DNA of 64,000 nucleotides, from positions 2,480,001-2,544,000 of the forward strand of contig JAYWIR010000032.1 in NCBI GenBank assembly GCA_036172245.1, given 5' to 3'. The DNA comes from Raillietiella orientalis. Its lineage: Eukaryota. Below are positions 1-14,000 of this stretch, piece by piece (position 1 is the stretch's first letter; each line of letters opens with the position of its first letter). The position numbers were made by a program, and so were the translations under genes. The notes beneath the pieces are model-generated. The model saw nothing but the letters and a program-made list of their open reading frames with translations, had not been told where the DNA came from and searched no databases.

Positions 1-1123
1 AATTTGGAACAATAGAATCCACCTATTTCTACATTTTCCCGGCTGAAATTCGCAGACGCCATTCACGCATCCGTCACCGACGATGATCATTGGCCAAGAG
101 GCCAAAGTGCTGAAACATGTATTTGGATGAGTCTTGAATTTCAAGTCGAGAGATGACAAAACGAAAACAGGTGAACCAATACGTGAAAATAGGGCTGTAA
201 CAAGGAAGCTGCTCGCGTGCAGCAAGCCTTCGTAATGGCTGCAATAAAGCGGAATCGATCAAAAAACACGGAATTGAAATGCGCAAGAATCCAACCCAGG
301 GATACCAACAGCAGTTTGCTTGTGCGGTTCCCGGTTCGTCGGCAAACTCAGCAGGCATTATAATCAACCAGCTACGGCACAGGGGGAAAAAAAAAAGGAA
401 CGAAAAGGGGGTAAAAAAACTCCCATGACCCAGAACTCCTGGCAGCACGCATGCATCGTGCTGCTACCTCTTCTTAAACCTTCAGCTTTTCAACAGCGGC
501 CGGCCCTACGTTGGCTCGCACGTCTTCATGGAATGGCGCGAACGAATCGCACCGACAGACTTTCATGATGGTTGGAGGGCAATTTCCCTCCCTCCCTCCC
601 CCCCCCCCACTCTTGGCACAAGCCCGCGCGTTAAGAAAGAGATGTGGGCAGATTTGTGCGAACGCGGCCACTGTCTTCCATAGCAACTCGATCGTTCAGA
701 ATGGAACAGTTTGCGACGAACAAAGTGGTCCACTTCCGCATGTTCTCCAAATGAGTCGCTTGGAGCGAAAATTCCTACATCCACCGAGATCAACTGAGGA
801 AGGCAAAGGAATCACTGCTGGGCCATAGAATGCAGCTCCCATTAAATCCAATGAGCTTTCGTGCGCACCCTGATGAGGGCAGGGCATCACGAAGCGCATT
901 AGGGAAAGCACACACAAGCATTTCCAAGTACCACTAACGAATCCACTGCGATCGAATAACAGAGCTGCAAGGTTCCCACCTGAGTTACTGCCAACGTTTG
1001 ATCCGGTTGCGGTCTCTTTTGTTTTTCTTTTTTTGAAAATTACTTCCGATTTTCACTTGTAAATCGATGAAAACGGATGCCCCATTCTTCGGTACGAGTA
1101 CCTCGAATCCAGCCGAGTGCCAG

Positions 1124-1297
1124 AAAAAAAAAAAAAAAAAAAAAAAACATCTTCCTCCCCGTGCACTTCTCTTTGGATGGAAGTAACACATCGTATCACG
1201 AAGATACTTCGTGCTTCGTCATTTGCTTTTGAAAACGTCCACTCGAAATCCCGTCTCCCTCTCTCTCTCTCTCTCTCTCTTTTTTTTTTTTTTTTTT
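1124..1297. repeat. Poly(A) run followed by (CT)n-poly(T) microsatellite
   Basis: A run 1124-1147; (CT)n then T run ~1259-1297. Confidence 0.9.
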
Positions 1298-1565
1298 GAT
1301 GCCCCGACGGAGTGAGCCATGGAAACGTGGGGCAAGCGTTGACGACGCTGGGCCGCAGAAAGTCGGGCGAGATACGTAACCACGCCGCATCTTATGCAGG
1401 TTAAACGATGCTGACTTTGGACCGAAAACATTTGCTTAAATGATTCGCTTCCGCAGTCGAGCAATAAACATGAGAACTTCAAAGGAGTTCACTGTCCATG
1501 GCGGCGGATGCAGGCCTAGAAGTGGATCTGCACTCCAATCGAGACGTCACTTTTTATTTATTTTG

Positions 1566-1669
1566 GTGTGTGTGTGTGTGTGTGCGTGTGTGCGTGTGTG
1601 GAGGAGGGGGGAGGTAAAGAGAGAGAAACAGACACACCGACACACACACACATACACACACACACACAC
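1566..1669. repeat. Inverted (TG)n / (CA)n microsatellite pair
   Basis: (TG)n 1566-1600 and (CA)n 1640-1669 separated by ~40 nt. Confidence 0.9.
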
Positions 1670-2520
1670 GGAAAGTTCGAAAATCTGCTCTTCAGAACGC
1701 AAGAACTCTGGAGGGAAGAAGAGCAACGTTACCGGGCTACGAACTAGCCATGCATGCATCACCCAAGTGATTCAGAATTTCGTTTTTCGCTTTTCCGGTG
1801 GGAACCTTCAAATATCTGCCTTTTTATAAATCCGGCACTTTGATGAACTTTCTAGCAAAACATTTTTGCTTTCTGCTTGCGAAATGCTCGGATCGAAGCA
1901 CCGGCCCGGCCTTACTGCTATGCAGAATGCAAGCCTGTCTTAAAAAAAGCACAGCTTACACGTCTCACGAGGCCATAAAAGAAAAGCTTTGTGCAGCAGC
2001 CTGCAGAAAGCTCTTCTGCAGAACATTACGCGCCACCACTTTCAGCAGTTTGCAATTGGAACTCACCATGCTGTTCGAAGTCAGTTCCTGCGTTTCGTTA
2101 GTCATTCTTTTTTTTTTTTTTCTTTTTTTTTTTTTTTTAGAGAGCGAGAATTTTCCAGGCTAACGACAAGTGACTATTAGAAAAACCAAACAGCCATTTT
2201 CGAAACGGACGTGAAAAGCAGAACGCCGTAGGACGCAAGGTGTTCCATGAACAACAACCAGGAAGGACACCACAAAGTTTCTTCCCTCCTTTCCACAGCA
2301 TGCACGAGCACCGGTTCACCAACGGAAACGCCTTCCCAACAAACCGTTGCTACACAGCACAGGAGTCATGTCTGCAATCGATACGACAGCACTCCAGCGA
2401 ACGTTGCGGCAGGAATCGATAATAACGGAGCCGCTCGCGCTGCCACCTTGCGTTCGCTCTCGAAGTACGGGAGGCTCGCACCGCTCGCGTGTGCTTCCAG
2501 CACGTGAAACGGCCAAGCGT

Positions 2521-2646
2521 TGTCTCTCTCTCTTCCTGCCTTCTTCTTCTTCCTCCTTTCTCTCTCTCGCCCCTTCCCTCCTTCCTTTCTTCCTTTGCTT
2601 TCTCTCTCTCTCTCTCTATCTCACTCTCCTCCCCCCCCCCTTCCTT
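2521..2646. repeat. ~125-bp polypyrimidine/polypurine low-complexity tract
   Basis: Almost exclusively C/T on the + strand, including (CT)n and a C run. Confidence 0.85.
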
Positions 2647-3375
2647 GCGCGCTGCCATTTCCCTTACGTACGCCGGTCTACGCCTGTGTGTGCAGAGATG
2701 GTGGAGCAGGTGGGTGTGGAGCATGGTGGTGCAGCAGACTTTTCCCGAGTGGCTCTGCTATGGTACAAGCCACCCCGTGAAGATGTTTCGAGTCCTCCCA
2801 TGCACCGCTCGACAGGTCTGCTTCGAAATCGCCGCTGCTGCTGCTCCAGGGAAACACAGCAAGAGGAGTCGAATTTGAAACGACCGTGGAGTGGCTGAAC
2901 GACGGGGACCCCCGCCGTTGGCGCAATCATCGCGGCGATGCTCCTGTTGGCGATATACTTGCACCGACTTTTTTTGCTTCGGTCACTGCCGACCTCGACA
3001 TGCCTTCCCTGTTTCTCCCTTCTTGTGAAATGGGAAAGAAAGCGCAAACGCTTAAGCGCCAGGCATCTCCGGAGTCCATCCTGAGAGCGCCGAAGAAGGG
3101 ACTCATGCTTCAGTGACCCCACACAAGAGCATCCCTGTACACAGCAGACACTCTGCTGCGCCTCTCCACGTCCAGGGGGCGATTCTATGCATTCGGCGAA
3201 GTCTCTGGAAGCGACTTCCACCCGCCCTCTTCCCGGGCACGGCGCATCTGCGCCGGTGGAACACTCTTCTCTTCCGGCATCCACGCACCCTTCTCTCGAG
3301 ATCTTCGATGGTCAGTCGGCTCGTTCCGCGCGCAAGCGCAGACGGTGCAGTGCTGCTGCCCCCTCTGCTCATTTC

Positions 3376-3421
3376 CTCTCTCTCTCTCTCTCTCTCTCTG
3401 TATGTGTGTGTGTGTGTGTGT
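3376..3421. repeat. Compound (CT)n(GT)n microsatellite
   Basis: Directly visible. Confidence 0.9.
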
Positions 3422-6400
3422 CTTGGAGCTACACACTGGCAGCAGCAACCATCTTCTTCAGCCGCTGCGTGAGAACTCCACCCTACCCCCCTCCTCCTCC
3501 CCGATGAATGGCCAACTGGCGCGAGCTTGAGCGGTGAGCCCCAGACACGAGGCTTCCTTGCCGGGCGGACCCGTGCGGCTCCAACCTCCCCGAGAGAGCG
3601 AAAAGGGGACCTGCGAGCAAACCGTTAGCATCCTCTACCACTCCTTGAGGAATCGATCGGCGTCAGCAGGTACGGTCGCCGCCGCCGATGCCGGCGAGGC
3701 GAGAGAGATCCCGGTGTTTCCCGGATGTTCTTCGGGAGTGTGTCGGCTGCACGTGCACGTGAGGACGCACGCTCAGAGGCGCAGAGGAGGGCGCCGGTCC
3801 GCGGGCTCGATCAGGAGCTACAGCAACGCTCCCATGGCCGACCGGTACTTTTCCGATTGCTGTCTGCTGGGAATCCGTGGAACCCTTCCAAGAGTTGTGC
3901 GCGAGTGGGTTTCCGGGAGCAGCGCCACGGCGGTGTTGGCGCTCGGCGGTCTTTCAACGGCAGCTGTTTGACGCTCGCCCACAAGCTCGCCCGGAGCTCC
4001 GAAAAGCGCAAAGTCATCACAGAGAGACGGTCATCCGCGTGCCGGTCAGCGGCTGGCTCCGATGTACGGAAGGCGCCAAGTCGGAAGAACCGAGCGCGCG
4101 GGCGGCGAGCTCTTGCGACGGGAGAGTCTCGGCGGGGGTCTGGGAGCTCTCAGATGGGCCTTCAGAGCATCCGTCTGGTCACGGCAAGGAAGACCTGCCT
4201 ACTCGCTCCTTCGTACGCACATCCCAGGGATGCACGTTCTGCTCTTTGAGCTGGAGAATCTGGCAGCCCTCAGGGTCCGAAGAGGCGGCCTGACCTCGAA
4301 GAATGGTTTCGACCCCTGCCCTACCCAACCACTAGCAGCATCGCAGGGGTTCCCTTGAGCCCTCGGTTGAGTGTAGGAGGGGAAAGGGCTGTTTTCTCCT
4401 GCAAGCTCCTGACGGTCACCAATCGGCTGGCGAAAACTTCCGAATGCCGGCGGAGGGGCGCCCTCTGTTCGCGGGGAATGGAAGTTACGCCCTCTCGGGA
4501 AACCAAGCCGGCCATTGCAAAGAAGAATCCAGTTTCCTTGCCGAACGATGAAGCCACTTCTTGTCGCGTCAGCGACGAGAACTGCTCGGCGAGGTCTTCC
4601 CGCAGTGGAAGCGGCCGATGAGGCACCACGGGAGCCTCACCGAGTGATCAGAAATTCCGGCATTTTGTCCCGGGCTCTCCATGTGTGGAGAAGGCATTTC
4701 TGGCCTGTTACCTGTTTTGGGTTTTTGTTTTTTTTGGCTTCTCCAGGTGCAGGCTCGTCCTCTGATCCTAGAGCAGCGGATACGGAAGTGACGAGTCTTC
4801 CTGAACGTCTTGAGCTTCCAGCTCTTCCAGCATTCGGCGCCTGCAGGTGGCTCCGCTCAGAGGATACCTAAAGTTGCCTCACGGGTATTATCCGCTGTTG
4901 TCGTCCAGCTCTAATCCTGGTCTCGACATGAGGAGGAGAACTCAAGTCAAGTCTAGTCTTGGGCTCCGCCCTGGCTCCGATGTCCCTTCCTTCCGTGCTG
5001 TCTGTCGTGGATGACGCGACTGACAATGTGTGGAGGTCTGGAGGATGCAGAGTTTTGCATCTCGAGAAAGCGGGAAACCAAGTCGCCCCCGCACAGCGGC
5101 ATCGGAGCGCCTGTAGCCCCAGGGAGCCGTGCGGAAACCGGACTCCGGACTCCTTGCCCTCCTCCGCCGCCGCCGCCCGCTTTCATCAGCCCATCGGTTC
5201 GGCCAACGTTATGACGATGACGATGATGATGATGATTGCCCGTCGCCACGCCCGATCGCATCCACGCGTCGCTCAGAGGCCGGCAAGATGCCCTGCATGC
5301 GCGTCCGCCGAGTCGAATGCCCGCTGCGCAGCAGCAGAAGCGCAGCCGAGCAGAGCGGCGTACAGCGCCACACGAGCGGCGGCAACTGCCACTACCAACC
5401 AGCAGCCGCGGGTAACCCACCCAGATGTCGTTGCGTATCATCTCCTCATCTGCTTGTTGTTGTTGCTGTTGTTTTCAGGATGACCCTTTGGTGCTCCCTG
5501 CTTGCACTGTTTTAAACAGCGGAAGGAAACCGGATTGCGACCCCAACAATGGAAGGGAGAGCGGAAGGGAGGGGGGGGGAGGAATCGAACTGGAGGCTAT
5601 TTTTGAACGGCCTCCATTTGCGAGGATGCGCGCTGCCTCGAAGTGGAAACCGATAAAGCCTTTCGCCATTTTTTGTGTGTTCTCCGCATTCAAGTGTCTC
5701 AGCTGCGAAGGTGTTTCGACTGTTTGGAAGTTTCGAGGACTCCAAGGCCCTGCCTACCCCTTCCTTCCCCTTGACCTTTCCCTCTCCCCCGTTTCCTTCC
5801 TTCAGAGCTCGTTGCCATGTCTCGTGTCGATCACTCCCATCTTGCTGCTTCCGCCGAGCCCAGCGGGTGGAGCGGCTGTTCCTTGTTTGCCCCCTGCCCC
5901 TTCGTCTGGTCCGGGTGCGTCTTCCTCTTTCGCCCTCCCCGGCAAAGGAAGTTCCAGGAGGCAGCGGCGCCTCTAAGGGGCGGGTGCAGAAGGAGCCTCG
6001 GATGAGAGGACCCTCCGTGAGCCCTCAAGGTGGAGGCCTACCGAGTTGGAAGGGAGGGGCGAGGGAGATGGGCGTCTGAGGATCGCGGATATGAACTGCG
6101 CTCACCGAGGGCTGCAGAGTAAAGGAGGGAATGCCTGTGGGTCAGAAGTGCGCTGGTGTGCTGGCTGGCGTTCCGCAGCGAGGCGGAGACGACACTTACC
6201 GCCCTTCCTCTCCCTCTTCTTCGCCCCTTCCCCCCCCCCTTCCTGTTTCCCCTAATCTGTGGCAAAGGGAAACTGCGAACCCGAACGAGGTCGAAATGAC
6301 GAAGATTCGGCGAATGAGTCTTCCCAGGAGAGGGAACATTCCGCTCGCAGAGCATCTCTGGCTGCAGCTGCCGTGGAGGACGAGGAGGAGAGGGCGGAGC

Positions 6401-7965
6401 TCTCTCCCGGGGAATCCAAGTGCATCCAGGCGGGACGCGGCGCCACCGCCACAGACCGAATTCCTCCCAGCTCGCCTGGACCCGCATCCTAGAGAAGCTC
6501 GGAGATCCCGCAACCCGGTTCCAGGAAACGATCCCGGATTCTCCCGGGAAGGGGGAGGGCGTGAGGACAAGGACGATTCCCGCATCTTTCGGGGAAGCCA
6601 CGCAGCTCTTGATGTGCCGGCTGCTCCTCCTGACCGGGAAACCTCCGAGAGTCAGCAGGCGGGGAGGATCCGAAGGGACAGGGTCGGATCGCTGCAGGAA
6701 GGTGAGAGGGGGAGTCGTCCGGCGTTCCTCCATTCTCCACGCTCCCTCTGCCGGGAACGTGCACGAGCTGGCAGGGAAGGGAAGGGATCGTTCCGGGAAG
6801 GGCCACCGTTTCCCGTACAGGCGCTCGCTTCTCCAGGAGCTTCGAGGGCCTCGCTTGGGAAACCCGAAAGCCGGAGATCTCGCGCCCATATGGGGCGGCG
6901 GCGTAGGGAAGCCGGTTTAGGAACAGAGGAAGTCAGTGCTGCCCGTGGTCCAAGCTGCCCAACCGTGGGTCCCGAAAGACGCTTCCACCGCGGCGGCAGG
7001 GGATGAGGACTGCCGGGGGCTCGCCACCGGGGATCCCGGAGCTGCGAGTAGAACGGCACCCTCACAATCCCCTTTTTCCGTGCGTCGAGAGCGCATTTCC
7101 CCGGCTGCCGTGGCAGCGGGGGAGACGCCCTCTTCGGGAGGAGGTCCAGACGGAGCATCGATCGCCGGAAAGCGGGACGCACGAAAGCCGGGGCAGCATG
7201 CGGCCTGATCTTACGGAGCGGGGTGGGCCCGGAGACGGGAGTGAGGGCGTCGGACGCTCTCCGAAGCAAGGCAGTCGCGGACGGGGAGCAAGTCCTCCAA
7301 CTTCCCGCCCTCCCGGAAGCTGGAAGGGGCAGACGCGGACCAGGGGCATGAGAAGCTAACAGAGCTCCTTCTGGGGCAGGGAGGCAGAGGAGGACCGCCC
7401 CGAGGTGGTGGTTAGCCGCTTCGGACAGCTCTTCCCCGGGATCCTCGCGTTCCTCTGCTGGGAGCGGAGTTGGACCGCATCCAGCAGACGCGCGCGGGCG
7501 ACTCGCGCGCCCTCTTCCCAAGGGAAACGCTCCGCCAGGCGGCAGCTCCTCGTTCGCTCATGCCCGGAACGGAGACGGGAAGGAAAAGGGGGGAGGAAGG
7601 AAGAGCGTGACCTCTTCCTCCTCCCTCCCTTCCTCGACTCTCCCTCTGGCGTGCTGGGACCAGGGGCACAGCTGCGTCATCAGTCTGCAGACCGCAGTCC
7701 ACTCCACAGCATGGGCAGCCCACGAAGGTGAGGGGAGAGGGAGAGAGCAGGGAAGGGGGAAAAACAGGGGTAGGGGTCCTCGCGTTCCTCCCCGCCTATC
7801 CGCGCCCAGGTCGCGCCGTCACCGTCGCGGGGAAAACCAGGCAAAGGGGTGATGGGGCGGCATGCATCATCATCATCAGCAGCAGCAATGACCTACTTAC
7901 TCGGAGTCTGCTCAGCATCGCGCCGGGAGACGGGTGCCTAGGAGACCTTCGCCGGCGAGCGCCCG

Positions 7966-8016
7966 ACACACACACACGCGCGCGCACACGCGCACACGCG
8001 CGCGCGCGCACGCACG
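7966..8016. repeat. Alternating purine-pyrimidine (CA/CG)n tract
   Basis: acacacacacacgcgcgcgcacacgcgcacacgcgcgcgcgcgcacgcacg. Confidence 0.9.
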
Positions 8017-11000
8017 GCAAGAGGATGCGCCGCGGAATTCCTGGAGCGGCTCCCGCGAGAGCATCCGGGAAGCCGCGCCGGGAGCCCGCGGTGGAGGGTT
8101 ATTTTGGGAAGGCGCGGTCCTTCCAGCAGCTTCCCGGGGGGAGGACGATCGGGGGAGGAAGAGAGAGGGCGAAGGAAACGAAAACGGGTTTTCGGGGACT
8201 CCCTCCCTCCCTGCCGTGATTCGGAGAGCCGCGAAGCGGGGGCGAAGGGCGCGCCCTTGCCCCACCCACGCGTCGCCGCCGCGAGCGCACCTTTGGTCTC
8301 CCTCTGGTCCCCAGCTGGGACGTTCCGGTGCTCGCGCGGCGATGGTCCCTTGTCGGCGCGGTGGGGACCGTCGGGATGCGAGACCAGGAAGGTGGGCGTG
8401 ACGTCACGCGAGCGCGTGGATCGGACGCCGACGAGCCAGCGGAGGGGGCTGTCGCCCAGCTTCCTTCGTGGTCCCCCCCTCTCGAGGCAATGCTATTCCG
8501 AAGCGCAGAAAACCAAAACAGGAGAGGGACCTGAGGTTACTGCAGGGGCATCTTCACGTGCCTCGGATCACAGTGTTTCCAACTTCCCTGCTCCAGACTG
8601 ATGCGCTGCTTAAGGGCGCTAATTTCAGGCGTGAGTTCCACCTGTCTCTCCTTACCAAGGGAGGAGCATCCTCCAAGTCTTCCCGGGAAGCGACCGCGCG
8701 TGTCTTCGGCGAACAAGTGTCTTCGGGAACGACATTCAGGGCCGGCGTCGGTCTGCGGGAGAGGCAGAGGGAAGGACAAGTGAGGCTGAGAGGGAACTGC
8801 AGTCTTTCCTGGAGGAGGACTCCGCGATAACCAGGGAGTCTTCCTGACAGTCGATGCTCAGCAGCGACGATGAACGAACCCTGGCATCTGGCGGAGAGTC
8901 GCGGAAGCTTTCATCGACAAAGGTAGGTAGAAGACCGGACCGGAGTGCTGCTTCCGGAGCAGCAGTCCAAGGAGAGGTGCATCTCTCAGTAACCGTGTCG
9001 ACTCCTGGAGAGCGCCCGCTTCCTTTTAGGCCGTGCAATTCTGCAGAAGTGCCCCACGGAAGCGCTGGCAGCCCTGGGATCCCGTAACCGATCCTTCCCT
9101 CTGATGAACAAAGTAGCGCTGTCCCTATTTTGAGAAGGCAACGCTGACCAGCCTAGTGACCCTAGCGCCGTAGATGAGGTCCATTCGGCTCAGGAGAGGA
9201 CCAACTCCTCAACTCTCCCGAACGCTTCGAGAGAGCTCACGCTCGTCGGTGGTATCCATGGCGACGCGGAGAGACCGGCGTGATGAGGCTGACTGATGCG
9301 ACTGGGAGTTTGGCGAGCGCGTAGGAGCAGCCCCTTTGGACGCCTGGCGGCTCACTGCAGCCGACACGAGCAGGACAGGCTATTCGAGGACATCACAGGC
9401 TCACTCAGGGCCCGGAGTGGAGCTTGCCCAGCGGCAGCTCGACCCCGTCATCGGCGACTCGTGGGTGTCTTGCCCTCGAGGCTCTACTATGGGGCGGCCA
9501 GCACTCGTGCTGGAGGTTTGAGGGGCGACTGCGACCCCGGGGGTCCTCCTGCCGCTGAACCGTAGGGAGGTGCGAGCGAGAAGGGCCAGAGCTCCTCCGG
9601 CGAGATCCCTCCTACCCTTTCCCTCGCCCTCCCGAAGAGAATCGCAAGGAGCGGCTCGGCAGCGACTAATCGAGCGAGCAGAGATGGCGCCACCCGCCTT
9701 AGGCCAGCGGATTCCCTCCAGCGCACCGCCGCTCCTGCGAGACGCTTCCGACGGAACGTTCGGGACATGCTCAGGAGGACAGGAGGACCGCGTGCTCCCA
9801 TCCCTCCTCCTGGACCAGTGGCCCATCTGAAAGCCGGAGTTCTCCCCGGGAGAGCCCTGCCCAGCCTCCTCATCACCCCCTGCCGACCTCCGGAAGCGGA
9901 GAGCGCGCTCGACGGGACCGACGTCGCCCTGGCGTTCCTCCACGCGACTCATTACGAGCAGCGCCCTCGAGACGGGTAGCCCCGGCGGTCCCTCGCGCTC
10001 GCGCGGAGGGTCCAAGCTGCCCGCCCTCTCCAAAATGCCGTTCCCGGATGAGGAAAAGGGAGACGCGCATCGCTCGCCACGTGAACCGAGAGGGCTCGCC
10101 GGACAAGCAGGTGGCCGGAAATTCCTCGAAAGAAAAAGGTTTGCGGCGATCCTGATGAAACGGGTGGGGACGTGCTGTAAATTCCAAGCTGCAGCGCCCG
10201 GAAGAGGAGAGCCAACAGCTGCCTTATGCGCGCGCGGCGGCAGACCCGAGCAGCGCGCCGACCTCCCGCGCGGTATCGCTTCTCTCGGAGACTCGTGACA
10301 TAGGGGTAGATCGAGGGGGGGGGGGGGGTGAGAATGTTCTTTAGGCTTCTCCGTTTGCTGGGGTCGCTGCTGCCGCCTCCTTTCGCGCGCTGCCCTCCCG
10401 CTCGGTGACGCTTCCAACTCGCGGCGAGGAGCAGGTCGGACATGCAGGCGGAGCATTTCAGGATTCCCGCCTTCCTTTCAGGGAGGGCGTCCGTCCCCCT
10501 GGAGGACCCCCTTTTTCGGGACTGCGATTGCAGCGGCACTTGGAACTCTTAATAGCCGTCATCCTCCTAGCAGGGCGGAAGGTGGAGCTTCCCCTCACCC
10601 CACCTCCACCCCGGTTCGCCCTGCATCCTCATCCCCGCCGACCACCAGCCTCGCTCCAACAACTCCCAGAACGGTTCTTCCCGTTGTTTTCTTTCCGGTT
10701 GATCCACCCACCCGTCCCTTACAGGGTACGAGAGACCTCGGCAGCCCGCTACGCCTCATGTGCTCCCTGGACGCATCCAGGAGCAAGGAGGAGATCCCAT
10801 CCAGGGTGGATGCGGGCAGGAGCCAGGGGTGGACCAGATGCAAATGCGCCCGAGAAGGGAAGGCGGACACAAGGAAGAGAAGAGCTATGCATGACAGAGA
10901 GGCTGCGGCGCGTCGTTGATGAGGAAAGGGTGGTCTCAGGGAAGGGGATGCCCCGCAGCTTCTTTTGATGCCCGGGAGGTGGTCAGGGCGTCTTCTTCGG

Positions 11001-14000
11001 ATGGAAGCGAGGGCAAGACATGCTAATTGTCGCCTCCCCCCCAAAGGAGCAATCAGCCTGCAGAGAAGCTGGACGGTTCCTTTCCTGGGATGCCCCGAGT
11101 GTCTTTGCCCCTTCTGGGCCCTTTTTCCCTTGCCGGGTCCCTGTCGAGCCGCCCTCCCGGTGTTTCCGAAGAGCGGCCGCCGACAGGAGAGGTGCGCGAG
11201 CAGAGCAGGGCAGTTCTCGGAGCGCCCCTCACAGGCTGGGAGCGGCGGAACGCGCTGCCGCCGCCGCGAGCGAGCGCGCACGAGTGATCCCTGAGCGGTG
11301 CTTCAGCCGGAAGTTCCCGAGCGGCAGAGTGAACGACCACGCGGGATAGGGACGGTGCGACGAACCCGGGCATCCGCTCGGCTCAGAACCGTGCAGGGCG
11401 TGCCGCCCACCGGACCGTGCCGCGCGTGAGGAAGCGCGTGAAGGGCGGAGGAACTCGCGCCGAGGCGCGCGCGGCACGGAGAGAGATTTCAGCCGTGCCC
11501 TCCTCTGCTTCTTGAGGAGACACCTCGGCAGAGGTCACGGCAGGAGGTCTCCTCAGGTGCAGGCTTTCCCTGGGACCGCCCCTCTCCTCCCCCCCAACCG
11601 GTTCCAAGGCGTCGCCTTGGTCTTACAGCATCCGCGGGTAGAGGATCGACTCGCAGTGCCCTCAGGAAGGTGCCGGGGACAGAGCATCAGCCGGTCATCG
11701 GCTGGCGTCCGTTGCCTCGGTGCAGCCTTCACGTGCCGCGTCGATATGCGTCTTCATGGTTCCCCACTGCCTCCCTTGCGAAGGAGGGGCTTCCGGGAGC
11801 TCCATGATCGAGTTCTGGGAAAGCATCGTCAGGGTCTGGAGAGGAGGGATGGCCCTTCGCCCCATTTTTCCTTCGGTTCCCGGAGCAAGGCAAAGGGAAG
11901 AGGCCACACTAGAGGCAGGGAGTTCGGAGGCGGTCCCGGGGCAGGAGATCCACGAGCAGGGCATAGCGGGACCAAACTACTTCCAGGAGGCAGGGGCCGA
12001 GAGGCTTGGACCTACCCCCAGACGAGACTCGCAGGAGGAAGGGAGCATCCCGGAGAGAATTCTCGTGCGGACTGCTGGCGCTCTCCGCCTCGATGGTAAA
12101 GAGGCCGTTCGCAGCCGCGGCCATATTCGACCTTGCAGAGGAGCCCCCTGGTAGATGGCAGCTCCTCGCGATGGACTAACCACGCGGGGTTTCTGGCAGT
12201 CCAGAGAACGATCGTCCCCTGGCACCTACATACGGGTCATTTTCTTCTCGGATGCTGGAGAGCAGGAGCAAGGGCGATGCCTCCCACGTGTCCCGGCGTG
12301 GGTCTTCTGTGCGGTTTCCGATGGGCCGAGGAGAGGCGTCCGTCCTTAAGGGTTGTTGCGCGGGTCCCACCACGCTAGAGGTCAGCCTGCAGCTTCCGAC
12401 TGAACTACTGAGAGCAGGAATAAGGATTGTTGGGGGTGGGACGGGGAGGATGAATGGCTACCTTCGAGGTCGGCCCCGCCCTCCACTTGCACTTGAGTAA
12501 CCGGCGCCCCCTTGCGCACGCTGCTGCCTCCTCTTCCGTAGAGCAGTAGCAGCCTCTTCTCTCGGGGCTCTGAGCTAAGGAGTCGGCAGCTCTTCCGGTA
12601 AGCGCGGTGCCTGTGGTCCTCCTCGCCCTTCTTCGCAAGCCGCAGGAGGCACGCAACCGATAGGGAGGCCGCATTGGTGTTAAATCTCCCGAGATGCTCC
12701 GGCTGCTGCCCTCGCGAAGCACCGCGGCATCCTGGGCTGGCTCGAGTCAGAGGATCCTCCTCAGTCTCTTCTGAGATTTCGGTTTTCCTCCCTCTTCTGG
12801 CCTAGGGGCACGTGGAGACGCTCCTTCACTTCCTCTCCTCCCCTTTCCCATTCCCAGCCCATGGCCCCCGGGAGGACGAAAGGTTTCTTCAACGAGAGAG
12901 GAGGACGGGAGAGAGAGTGCCGGTGGCTGGATCTTCCGAGGTCACGGCCAGGAATCGCCACTCCGGGATGCATTCGTCCCCTGCTGACTGAGCAGAGCCC
13001 GCAGCTTCCTCCGCGAACTGACTCCGCTTCCCCTTAGGACGCCTGGAGACTTCTCTCTCTCCCCCTCCCCCCTCTCTCTCTGAGTCGTGAGCCTGGAGAT
13101 GGAGGCTGCAGCAGCAGGGCTCCAGAAAAGGGGTCACGCACGGAGGAACCGGGTTTGCTCCCGGGTCACGCACTCAGCAGCAGCAGCTTCCGGCCGGAGG
13201 CACTTGTGGATACCGTCCGCCTAGCTTGATCGTAAAGAGGCGTTTGCACGCGCTAGAGGCGAGCTCCGTGACCCGGGGGCGAACCCGGGATCCCGGTTCG
13301 CTCCTCCTCCTCCTCCCTCCCGCCAGCGAGTGGGGAGCTTCGGAGAGGGCGCGGCGGCAAGTGAAGAGACTCCTCTCGTCGTCTCCGGGGAAACGGTCTC
13401 GAGGGTGTTTGCCTCTTTCCCTGCTTCCGCCGCCGCTCACGAGGAGGTGGCCGCCCGCGCGCCTACGTCCTCCCCCCCTCTACCCCCCAAACGGCTGACC
13501 GATCTTGGACGCGTCGCATCTTTGGAGCGCATCTTTTGGTCCAGGGCGCCTCCACCCTCGCCCTCGCAGCGGCAGGCCCCTTCGCCACGCCTCGACTTGC
13601 CGTCCACTGAACGCTTCCGAAGGTCCTCGGCTCCCCTCGTGCCCCGAACGCCAAGGGTTCCGATCCGCCCTCCGCCCCTCTCCCTCTCTCAACGGCAAGT
13701 TTGCTGCCTCGCCTTCGCAACAATGTGCGCGCCCGAGGCCCCCGGAAGCTGGGAGGGGCCGCGGGCGTTCCGGCCCGGTTCCTTCTTGCACCTGCCCTGG
13801 TTCTTTCTTTCTTTCTCCACGCTGTTCCCGCTCGGCCGCAGCGGCAGGCTCGAGGTGAGGGGAGAGTCACGAGCGAGGGACCAGCGACACCATGACGACG
13901 GAAGAAATCAAGGAACGACCGAAACCCGGGGGCAGGCTTCTGGATCAAGTCACGAAGAGTCGTGCGCGCCGCTCCAGCACCGGCGGCAGGACGTCAGCTT

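Noticed and set aside
490..3116. Exon-like segments at ~496-830 and ~2247-3116
   Set aside because: Could not assemble a consistent spliced frame or recognise a product
8736..9259. Possible two-exon minus-strand gene (MDTTDE exon 9241-9259 spliced to 8736-9100)
   Set aside because: Phases fit but the product has no recognisable features and the ATG coincides with an X-box-like motif; insufficient support
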